Below are positions 11,877-22,732 of a stretch of DNA of 64,000 nt, piece by piece. The notes under the pieces are model-generated. The model had not been told where the DNA came from and made no database searches. It saw only the letters and a list, made by a program, of their open reading frames with translations. Origin of the DNA: Sarea resinae (Eukaryota); assembly GCA_026026165.1 (NCBI GenBank), contig JAPEUD010000030.1, positions 62,001 through 126,000 of the forward strand, in the 5' to 3' direction. The position numbers and the translations under genes were made by a program. How positions within the stretch are numbered: position 1 is the stretch's first letter; every line of letters begins with the position of its first letter.

Positions 11877-14533
11877 ATGGGCGCCCAAGCCAAGCAGCAG
11901 ATGGCGCGAAAGCGTCGCAAGGTTGAGACCGGCAATGGGGGCGCTGCGAAAACGGCACAGAAGACGCGTGCCCATGCCGTCTCGTTGGACGATCTGGACT
12001 GGAAGGAGGTTTCCATGCCGGATCGCCTGGAGGATATGGAGGGCTTTTTCGGGCTGGAGGAGATTGATGGTGTCGAGGTGGTCAAGACTGGTGAGGGTGC
12101 CAAGGTGGAATACAGAGTACGTCTGCTCCTGGTTGTGCGCATGGAAAAGAAATACTAATCCTTCTCCGCAGACTGGGGGTGGTACGAAGAGGAAAGTCGG
12201 GGAAGCTGAGGAGCAGGAGCCTAGGAAAGCAGAGGATGGTGGGGAGGGTGTCTCTGCTCGTGGCGAGGATGGTCAGGATGCGGAAGACGAATGGGGAGGC
12301 TTCGATGATGATGATGATCAGGTGTCTACGTCTAAAAACGATCAAGTCGCCGAGGAACAGCCGTCTACAAAGGTCAAGAAGGCCAAGGACAAGAAAAAGC
12401 AAAAGGAGAAGAACAAGAGCGAGACCACCACGTCCGACTTATCCAATGCATTCGCCTCGTTGGTAGATGAGGGAGGAGAGGAAGACGCAGACGGTATATG
12501 CTGTACTGCATTGAACCCAGCTTCTGAACTAACATATAGCAGTATCCGCATGGGAAGCCTTAGCCCTTTCAGAGGAGACGCTTCTAGCTCTCTCCAAGCT
12601 CAAATTCTCTGCACCAACGCCCATCCAAGCATCAGCCATCCCCGAGATCCTCGCGGGGCACGACGTAGTCGGCAAGGCATCGACGGGCTCCGGCAAAACC
12701 CTTGCCTTTGGCATCCCGATCCTCGAGCACTATCTCCGTTTCCACTGCGGCCGCTACACGGCTTCCAAGCCAGTACAGCAGAAAAAGGCCGCCACTATCG
12801 ACGAGCGTGCAGATCCTCCTGTCGCATTGATCCTTTCGCCCACCCGCGAATTGGCACATCAGCTCTCGGCGCACATCACGGCGCTGTGCTCGAACGCCGG
12901 CCCGGAAACGCCGTCCGTGGCTACGCTCACGGGCGGTCTCTCCATCCAGAAACAACAGCGCATACTGGCGCGCTCGGACATCATCATCGGTACGCCCGGC
13001 CGGCTCTGGGAGATCATCAGCGCCGGCCATGGAGTGATCAAGTGGTTGAAAAGGACGAAATTCCTCGTCGTCGACGAGGCGGACAGATTACTGAATGAGG
13101 GCCATTTCAAAGAGGTCGAAGAGATCCTGAATATCCTCGAACGAAAAGAGGCAGACGACGAACATGACGTCGCGGAAGACGACGAGTCTGGTTCGGACAA
13201 AGCCACCTCGGCCGCTCGCCAGACCCTCGTCTTTTCAGCCACCTTCCACAAAGACCTGCAACAGAAACTGACCGGCAAAGCCCGACCTTCCTCCACACCA
13301 TCAGCCTCGTCATCATCAGAAAACATGGCCTATCTCCTGCGTAAGCTCGCCTTCAACCCGTCGGCGAAACCCAAATTCATCGACATGAACCCCGCCTCTC
13401 AAATGGCCGACCGGCTACAAGAGGGCGTCGTCGAATGCGCCGCGACGGAGAAAGACCTCTACCTGTACTCGCTGCTGCTGCTCCACCCGACCCCGCGCAC
13501 GCTGATCTTCACGAACTCGATCTCCACCGTCAACCGGCTGACGCCATTCCTGCAGAACCTCGGACTGCCCGCGCTACCGCTGCACTCGCAGATGGCGCAG
13601 AAGGCGCGCCTGAGATCGCTCGAGCGGTTCAAGGGCCCCGAGAAAGCGAACGCCAATGCTAATAATAGTAAAGCAGCGAGATCCATCCTCATCGCCACCG
13701 ACGTCGCCGCCCGCGGCCTCGACATCCCTGCCATCGACACCGTCATCCACTACCACCTGCCCCCGGCCGCATCGACATATATCCACCGCTCCGGCCGGAC
13801 GGCGCGCTCGCTCTCCTCGGGAACCAGCATCCTCCTGTGCGCGCCCGACGAGGTCGGCGGCGTGCGCCGACTTGTCGCAAAAGTGCATTCCCAGAGCCAC
13901 GAGCCTAACACCAACGAGAGCGGCAACAAAAAAGGCGACGAAGGCGAAGAAGAAGGCGAAGAAGGAAAAGACGAAGCAGAAGGCGAAGGAGCCAGTCCAA
14001 GCAAAGTCAAAGCAAAGGGAAAGAACAAAAAGGCCTGGAAGAGCGCCGGCCTCCGCACGCTCGACCTAGACCGCCGCCTCGTCGCGAGGCTGAAGCCGCG
14101 CGTCGAGCTGGCGAAGAAACTCGCCGACGCCGTCATCGCGGGCGAGAAGAAGCGCAAGGGCGACGAGTGGATGAAGCAGGCGGCCGAGGAGCTGGGCGTC
14201 GATTACGACTCCGCTTCTGCTGATGACCAAGCTGATGCTTCCAATCGCCACGATGGCAAGAGAGGCGCCAAGACCGCCAACAGGAAACAGAAACAGGACC
14301 GCGCTGCGAGTGTGCCCAAGGCGGAACTCGCGGCTTGGAGGGCCCAGTTGAGGGCGCTGTTGGCCCAGCGGATTAATACTGGTGTTAGTGAGGTTTATAT
14401 TGCGGACGGACGGGTGGATGTGGGCGCGCTTTTGAGGGAGAGGGAGGGCTTGTTTGGTGGTGGTGATGGTGATGCCGGGCAAGGTGGTGGAGATGGGGGG
14501 TTCTTGGGTCGGGTTGAGGGGCTGGGGTTTTAG
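11877..14533 (+). CDS. MAK5: DEAD-box RNA helicase Mak5 (DDX24), 60S biogenesis
   Basis: N-terminal LDDLDWKEV...EGFFGLEEIDGV; PTPIQ, TGSGKT, PTRELA, GTPGRL, DEAD, SAT, HRSGRTAR. Introns ~12117-12171 and 12494-12542. Confidence 0.93.
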
Positions 14534-14875
14534 CCTTTGCTTTTAGTCTTCGGAATTTTGTCTTGGGCTTGGAGGCACCGAGAGGGGGATAGTCTTAAAA
14601 GGAAAAGGGGGAAGGACATGAAGTGCGTGGACCGTGGTTGATGATGAATAGGAGGCTATAGACGCAAAGGATATCCGCGAGAAGTACGAAGGCACCGAGG
14701 GAGTGGATACTCGGGCCCGGCAATCAAGGAAGAAGACGAGATTTATTTCAGAAGAGAATACAGAGTAGAACAGATTTTCTATCCAGCAGACATTTTGGTA
14801 GACCCGGAACTCCCTCTATGCTCGCGCCGCGTATTGATACAATCCAGCAAGACCCTCGGCTCACGCTCTGCCCCG

Positions 14876-15921
14876 TCACGGGATTCTGGGCTTGATGCCC
14901 TTATGAATCGCGGCGATGCCCCCGGTCAGATTCTCGTAGCCCTTGCCCGGCACCACGAAGCCGGCCTCCTCGATCATGCCCTTGAACTCCTCCTGGCTAG
15001 GGAACTTGTCGATGCTCTCGACAAGATACTGATAGCTGTCACGGTCCCCGGCGACGATCTGGCCAATCAACGGGATGGCGCCGAAGCTCCACCGCTTGTA
15101 GATCTGATCGAAGAGGCTGAACTGCACCTTGCTGAACTCGAGGACGGCGAAGACGCCGCCGGGCTTGAGCACGCGGAAGGCCTCGTGGATGGCGGCCGAC
15201 TTGTCGGTGAAGTTGCGGATCCCGAAGGCGACCGTGTACAGGTCGACCGAGCTGCTCTCGATCATGTCGAGCTTCTCCGCGTTGGCCTGCACGAAGCTCA
15301 GCCGGTCGGTGCCGCCGTACGGCGTGGCCAGGCTTCTCTTCTTGCCCTCGGCCAGCATGTCGGCGTTGATGTCCGAGATGGTGACGCGCGTGTGGTAGTC
15401 GCCTTTGACCGAGGTCGCGTGATCCAGCATGCGGAAGGCGATGTCGCCCGTGCCGCCGGCGATGTCGAGGATGTTCCAGCCCTTGTTGGGGGCCGCGTCC
15501 GAGAGCGTGCGCGGGTTGGAGCCCGGGTTGAGAGAGCGCACGAAGTGGTCCTTCCAGAGGCGGTGGATGCCGAGCGACATCAGGTCGTTCATGGTGTCGT
15601 ACGACGAAGCGACGGAGGAGAAGACGGCGCCGACTGTGTGTTGAAATACCAGTCAGTGAGCAATCGAGTTGTCTGTATAGGCCAATCCTTTCCATTCTCA
15701 CCTCTAGATTCCTTCATCGACTCCGCCACCGTCTCGTAGCCAAAATGCGTCGTCCTCTCGCTGCCCTCGGAGGCAGGCGAATTCAACGGCGATTGGCTCT
15801 GCGGCCCGGCGCCCTGCGCATACGGCACAGAGCAGGAGAGGCATCGGGAGGAGGGCTTGGGGAAGAAGGGAGCTCGATTGAGGCTCCGGGAAGCAACTCT
15901 CCAGGCAGACTTGGAGGCCAT
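14876..15921 (-). CDS. COQ5: Ubiquinone biosynthesis C-methyltransferase Coq5 (UbiE family), mitochondrial
   Basis: Basic presequence, THFGYETV, YDTMNDLMSLGIHRLWKD, LDIAGGTGDIA, AFGIRN, YQYLVESI. Intron 15701-15634. Confidence 0.96.
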
Positions 15922-16214
15922 CGTTGGGCGTGGTGACTCGATTGATATCGAAGGAACGAGGTCGAGATAGTGTTGGCTCGTCGGCCTTGTGCTGCACTCG
16001 CCTCGGATTTACCTTCGTCCTCCTTGGCCGTCGAAAAGCGGCGTCGAAAAAGCTCGGGCCAAGTCTCTTCGTGTGTACCTTAGTGGCCTTGATGTAAACC
16101 GCAGCTACTCCGGAGTATACTCTGCTAAGTACGGTAGGTAGGTAGGTAGTTTTGATTCATGTAATAAAGGCATCGTTAATAGTGATAAAAGCGCTTGAGA
16201 AAAAACACTTCTGA

Positions 16215-16326
16215 TGTGAGGCGCGCTGCTATATAGTAGGCAAATAGGCATAGCCCGGACGAGCCGGGTTATAGTAGTCTTTTTAGCGCACGTGGGAACA
16301 GGTTTGCCTATTTACTAGTCCTTACA
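16215..16326. mobile_element. 112-bp solo-LTR-like element, copy 1
   Basis: TGTGAGG...CCTTACA termini (TG..CA); 108/112 identical to 17810-17921. Flanks TCTGA/TCTAT give at best an imperfect TSD. Confidence 0.8.
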
Positions 16327-16394
16327 TCTATATACAAGAAAAAGTTGGAAATACTGCGCTGTAGACAGTGTAGTTGACTTAGCAGCTATCGAAA

Positions 16395-16876
16395 TGCAAA
16401 TTCAAAGGCTCTTAGCATTGTGCAGAATAACACTAAACTGCTAGCCCAGATAAGCTCGTTCCTCGCCCTCTATTCTTCCCTAGCTGACACCCTTGCGACT
16501 AACTCTTCTCTATTGTGGCTTACGAATCCTAGCACATCAATATGTGCGAGAAAGCCCTTAGGGTTTCTAGCTTCGTAAAAGTTGACTGTGAAATAGGCAG
16601 GCGCTCTAAACACTTCTAAGGTTGTCGAGTTGTCGATTGGACGCCGCTTCTACATCGCTATCAGCAACTTCTATATATCTCAGTTGAGAAACCCGTATGA
16701 GCTTACCTAGGTAGGTACCGAATGACCACTAGTTCACAGCGATAGCACTCATCTCCAGTTTGATCCGCCATGCTATAGTATGCTTCTTCTTCGGCGATCT
16801 TATGCGGGACTGCACCGGCCTTTTGGCGCGTTGGTCGGACATACCCATCCAGCCATTCAATACGATGTCCCGTCAT
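16395..16876 (-). pseudogene. Possible degraded gene remnant
   Basis: An ATG-initiated stretch MTGHRIEWLDGYVRPTRQKAG..., an intron-like GTAAGC...TAG segment, then a frame broken only by TAG stops in TpA-rich DNA. No family recognised. Confidence 0.3.
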
Positions 16877-17809
16877 CTTTGTGCGAACGAGAGGGGAAGT
16901 GCGACGAGCTGAAGGATGCCGGAAGAACAGTTATCTTGAGCCAATTCGAATGTTGAGCGGGCTTGAGGGGTTGATATCTGGGAAAGTGATCAAGAAGTCC
17001 GCTGGGAAATGAGGCTATTTATCTTCGCTCTTGATCAAATTCCCTGTCCGAATATGTGCTTCTCGTGCTTTTCCGTATGGCGGCTGCAGAAACACTAGGC
17101 GCGTTGAATTCATATGATACAAGAAGGTCATTTGCCATTCACGCTTCTTAAGATGCCAATAATAAATCGAGCCTAAAGCGCTTAGAGAGAAGCTGGAGCT
17201 CTCCGAAACAAATACAAGATGTTCCTATCTAGTCTTTTGGTTGGCAGTCGGGATCAAAGATAGCTTCGACATCCTGGTGAACTCACTGTCGAAAGTAAGA
17301 AATGAGAGTACCGTATGTATATATGGAACGTAAATAAAGTAGGAAGGTGTGGTTAGCACGAGGGGAAGAGATAATGCCCCAATGACTGAATCAGACGTCA
17401 TTGCTACTGAAAGCGAGCATTAAGTCCATGAGGCAGCCAGCTGCCGACTTACAGGTTTCAGTAAACGCTTCGAGGCCACATACATAGCCCTGGAGGTATT
17501 CCGCTTGAACCTGAGACGTACGAGACTAAGATCGGAAGGATCTAAGGTATGAACGAGATCGCCTACAAAGAGAGCCGAACTCGAGAACCCTCAAGCGTGA
17601 AACCACCGGCGGAATCGGGATCGAGGATCGCCGCTCGGGAACGACTTGAAACGTGATGCGCTCGGAGTAGTGCGCAAGTAAGTGAAGAGAACGGCCCCAA
17701 ATAAGGTAATGACCTGATAAAGAGCAAAGCGAGCCATGATGATGTGCGACTCGGAAGATAACTCTCAATCAGAGAGTACAAATAACCGCGGAGCGATTGC
17801 GTAGGCTCG

Positions 17810-17921
17810 TGTGAGGCGCGCTGCTATATAGTAGGCAAATAGGCATAGCCCGGACGAGCCGGGTTATAGTAGTCTTTTTGGCGCATGTAGGAACAGGTTT
17901 GCCTATTTACTGGTCCTTACA
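17810..17921. mobile_element. 112-bp solo-LTR-like element, copy 2, with 5-bp target-site duplication GCTCG
   Basis: GCTCG|TGTGAGG...CCTTACA|GCTCG. Confidence 0.88.
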
Positions 17922-18389
17922 GCTCGGCGCTTAAGATTGAAGATTAAAGTCGAGAAGCAGACGAGGTGTCAGTGGGTGGCGGCACGAAGCGCCGGGGGTG
18001 GCAGGGGTAGTGAGTATTTCGGTGTTAGTGAATACACCTTCGAGTTTGTGTTAGTGAATAAGACCTTAGAAGTTCCCACCTACTCCGTACGAAGGTGACG
18101 AGAGCCCCTCCAGCCTTAGCCGACGAGGTGAGGTCGAGCTGTCGCGGGCTGCGCTATCAAACGTATTCAGGGCTAAAACTGAAGACCTCTACATACCTCT
18201 TACGAGAAAACGAGTAAGCTATTGGTTCATGGATTCCGATATTCTACCATATCCTAGCAGTCTGTTGACGCTTGATTCGCATTTGAGGGATGCCGCTTCT
18301 TGGCGACGATCTTGAGACTTCCAGCGCTAAAGTCCAACACTCGTTGTGAAGTCACAGTATCAACACCACCTCTCCCACTAAAGAGAGTG

Positions 18390-20048
18390 ATGAAGGCCTT
18401 TCCACGACTTTACAGACATACACGATTAACCAGACAAACCTTCTCCCCCTTCATCAATCTTCAACCCTCTCTATCACAGTACGTATCTGGGTGTCCGAAG
18501 CCAAAGCAGTCCGACCAAATCTTCAGATCGCAAGAGGATATAGCTTCTCGCCCATCTGTCTCTGACATGTCATCTCAGATGGAACAGCATGCTAGTGAAC
18601 AACCTATAGCATTACCTACCGACTTTGACTACCGTCAGCCCAGTCTCGAACGGATCGAGGGAATGGAAAACTACGTCCGTGGCGGCTATCATCCTGTCCT
18701 GATCGGAGACCTCTTTCGCGACGGACGATACAAGGTAATACATAAGCTTGGGCATGGCGCATTTGCCACGGTGTGGCTCGCTCGAGATACACATGCGCAA
18801 CGTTATGTGTCACTCAAGATTCTCACTGCAGAGGTATCCGAAGAAGAGGAGTGCTGTGACGTGAAGGTTCTAGATTTCTTGAGTCAAAGGTCCTCCTCAC
18901 ATCCCGGTCGACAATATATTTGCTTTCTCTTCGACCATTTCTGGATTCAAGGGCCAAACGGCTCTCATCTCTGTCTGGTGTCGGAAGTCTTAGGACCTAC
19001 CATCGAACAGTTACTTCAACTGCAGAAGAGATTGAGAGGGCGTGTTGCACGTAAAATCTCTCGGCAAATGCTCCAAGCAGTAGCATTCCTGCATTCAGAA
19101 GGAGTCTGCCATGGAGGCATGGCTCTTCTGTCGCTTCTTCTTCGATTACAACGCTGATGGTCAGAAGATCTTACTGCAGCAAATGTTGCGTTCGAGCTTG
19201 CCAATTTCGACCACTACACGGAAGAGGAGGTTCACCTTCGACTTGGCTCGCCAAAAACTGAATTAGTGACGACAGCGTCAGGCAATGCACTTTCTCCGTC
19301 AGCACCTCGTTACGTTGTGCAGCCAGCAACATTTTCTAATGTCGGCTCCGAATGGCTAAAGGAAAACATTCGCCTGCTGGATTTCGGTATTGCTTTCTTT
19401 GAATCAAGCCCTCCGGAGTTCTTGGGGACCCCACCAGGCTTTATGGCTCCTGAAGGATGGTTCGAGTCTAAATACGGGCAGGGTACTGATCTCTGGGCCG
19501 TTGGCTGTACCATCTTCACCATTCGTTCTGGTCAACCTGTCATCCATATAATGCTAGGAGGGAACCCAGAGGAAGTCATCGGCAAGATCGTGGAAGTATT
19601 AGGGCCATTGCCTTCAAAGTGGGATTCATTGTACTTCGATGAAGAATGCTATCCTAGACCACGGGAAGAAGCGGGAGATGAAGCGCCTCCTCCCTGGTAT
19701 GAAGAGGATGACGAGACAGTTGCCTTGTCACTCCGTGAAATTGCGGAGGGCATCGAGGATGAATATCATGGGCCACCGCGGCCTGAAGACCTGGTCGAGC
19801 CCCCAAAACTCGACTATGAATTGGAGATGGAAGCTCAAGGAATCACCTTTATACTCCCACCACGCAAACCCATGGCAAAGATCTCAAGAAATGAGGCAAT
19901 CGCATTCGCTGATTTCATGTGCCGTATTCTTCGATACGAGCCCTCCGAACGACCCTCTGCTGACGAGTTGTCCAAGCATCATTGGCTTTCCGAAGACTAT
20001 CCAGACACGAGAACCGTAGATGGCGCGCCGCCTTGGTTTCGCTCTTAG
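18390..20048 (+). CDS. SRPK-like (CMGC) Ser/Thr protein kinase, fungal expanded subfamily
   Basis: YVRGGYHPVLIGD, KLGHGAFATVWLA, VSLKI, GPNGSHLCLV, HG|DLTAAN across intron 19117-19167, DFG, APE, DLWAVGC. Start could also be ~18567. Confidence 0.9.
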
Positions 20049-20523
20049 GACCTCTTTGCTTTAATGTCACCGTTGTTACTGTATGCTTCAAGAATGTAGC
20101 CCGTCTTTCAGCGACTTAGAAGATAATATATATTTTGTACTTCGACATTTGTGCTCCCGAGTATGTCTTTCCGCTGGGCTGTCTTCCCTCTTCAGTTGAC
20201 TTTACCAATGCTCCCAGATCAGTAGACAATATGTGTTGAGTTGCCGATACATGATCGTCCACGCGACGTCTTTAGCGCCAACGAGTTTACTAGGTAACTT
20301 CGTACCTTGTTAGCGCGCGCCGCACTGGCTTTAGCGAGAATCGTTCCCGTAAATCGACCGACGTCGACGACCCTGAACGCCGATGCTAGCCGTACCGTAG
20401 CCCTGTCTTCCCCACGGGGGCGGGGTGGCCGTGGGAGGGTGATCATATAACCTGCATTGTAGAACCGTCTGCCCTTTGCCCATCTGCCTTTGCCCCTCAT
20501 GAAGATGAAATGATAAGGAAGAG

Positions 20524-22074
20524 ATGAACACCACGACTACTCGCTCGACGGTGCCATCATTGCGGCACTGCCTCAATAGGAGGAGTTTCTGTCCAAGGAC
20601 TAAGCCTACGAGAAAGGTGACTTCGAGATGCTCGAGACGGTGGAATTCCGTCTCTCAGCGTCAGGGCATGGATCAGTAAGTTTTCGGCTCCAAAGATCTC
20701 GAAGCAGAGAGAAAAGGTAGAATTCAACCACTGACATCAAGCAGTGTGCATTTCCCTGGGGCAGTCAACAGCAAGTTCACAACGGACCTCTCCTTCGTGC
20801 AGCCCTCGACCCACGCAGCCATCCCAACCTACAGACTAATGGACTACTCGGGCAGCATCGTCGATGAGAGTCGGGCCCCTACAGACCTCAGCACCCCCGA
20901 CGTGCTCAAGATGTACACCGACATGCTCACGGTCAGCATAATGGACGTCATCATGTTCGATGCCCAGCGCCAAGGCCGACTGAGTTTCTACATGGTGTCG
21001 GCAGGCGAAGAAGGCATAGCGGTGGGCTCGGCCTCGGCTCTGTTGCCCGACGATGTCGTCTTCGTCCAGTATCGCGAGACGGGCGTCTTTCAGCACCGCG
21101 GCTTCACGCTGCACGATTTCATGAGCCAGCTCTTTGCCAATCGCAACGATGCGGGTAGAGGGAGGAATATGCCCGTCCATTACGCCAGCCGCAAACTGAA
21201 TATCGTACGTTACATTCACTCCGTCCTGACCCCTTCCCTCCCCTCCTCCAGACTAGATAGATAGCCAGACAGGTGGGAACTCCAACTCACATCATCGAAT
21301 CACCAGCACGCCGTTTCCTCCCCACTAGCAACACAAATTCCCCAAGCATCTGGAGCCGCATATGCGCTCAAGCTCCGCGCACTCCAAAACCCCTCCGCGA
21401 CTCCCCTGGTAGCAGCCTGCTACTTCGGCGAAGGCGCCGCCAGCGAGGGCGACTTCCACGCGGCCCTGAACATAGCTGCGACGCGCTCGTGCCCCGTCGT
21501 GTTCATATGCCGAAACAATGGCTACGCAATATCGACGCCGACGCTGGAGCAGTACCGGGGCGACGGCATCGCCAGCCGCGGTGTCGGCTACGGCATCGAC
21601 ACGATCCGCGTCGACGGCAACGACGTCTTCGCCGTGCGCGCTGTCACGCGCGAGGCGAGGCGCATGGCGCTCGCAAACGGCGGCCGGCCTATCCTCATCG
21701 AGGCAATGAGCTATCGCGTCTCGCACCATAGCACCAGCGACGACAGCTTCGCCTACCGGGCCCGCGTCGAGGTCGAGGACTGGAAGCGCAGGGATAACCC
21801 ACTCGTGCGCTTGCGCAAGTATATGGAACGCCAGGGCATCTGGAACGAGGAGATGGAGAAGGAGGCCCGGGTGCGGATCCGGAAAGACGTCCTGAAGGCT
21901 TTTGCGGCCGCTGAAAAGGAGAAGAAACCGCCGCTGCGGGAAATGTTCCTCGATGTCTACGAGGAGCTGAGCGAGGAGAGCGAGACGCAGATGCAGGAGC
22001 TGAGGCGCATCATCGACACGTATCCCCACGAGTATGATCTGGGTGATTTTGAGGGCGGCAAGGACGGTTTGTAG
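20524..22074 (+). CDS. Branched-chain 2-oxoacid dehydrogenase E1 alpha subunit, mitochondrial
   Basis: AQRQGRLSFYM, GRNMPVHY, TPP motif GEGAASEGDFH...NNGYAIST, YRVSHHSTSDDS. Introns 20676-20744 and 21205-21306. Confidence 0.96.
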
Positions 22075-22732
22075 TTCGTCTCCACTGGGGCCGTCATCTG
22101 TCAATGCTCTTGTTACGTATATTTTCTTCCTCGTCTTCATCCCCAGTCTATCAGCATGAGGGCGGCAAAGCACATATTGAAACATCAACATCGAGCGGCA
22201 TTCAACTCGGCAATTCCATGGCACACACCATCCATTTTATGCCCACGATACCGTGACATGTGAGAGACACATATTGTTACTCCTAGTTTTGGGACTTGAA
22301 GTCAGGCCTCGCACCTTCACATCACGTATCTCATCATCCACCTTCCAACACATCAAACAACGAACGAATCGAATAGAAATGCACATAAACGCCATGCACG
22401 TGTGCACGCCCGAAGCCTCCCAAATGGCAAAACCGACCGAGCCCAGAAACAAAGAAAACGATGCAACTTTCCATGTGTGCAAGCAAGAATGTGTCTTAGC
22501 CGCGAAAACCCCTCTTTAATCCCGTCACATCAACCATCCACGAAGATGATGTCCTTGGAGAGGGAGTTAAAGGTACTCCCATCAGCATGGATCTTCTCCA
22601 AGATAAAGGAAAAAAGCCCAGTCCCTCCCAATCCAAGCAGCGCCCACAGTACAAAAACCCTCTCTTCTCATACCCACAAACATCTCCCACTTCGCCTCTC
22701 TCCTCAATCCCAAGAAGCTTCGTTTAATCAGA

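Noticed and set aside
14795..15739. 314-aa plus-strand ORF
   Set aside because: Antisense shadow of GC3-rich COQ5; similar shadows overlap TRM7, MAK5, BCKDH, KAP123 and NCR1.
16215..17921. A single intact LTR retrotransposon bounded by the two repeats
   Set aside because: Outer flanks do not match, copy 2 has its own TSD, and no gag/pol is visible inside.
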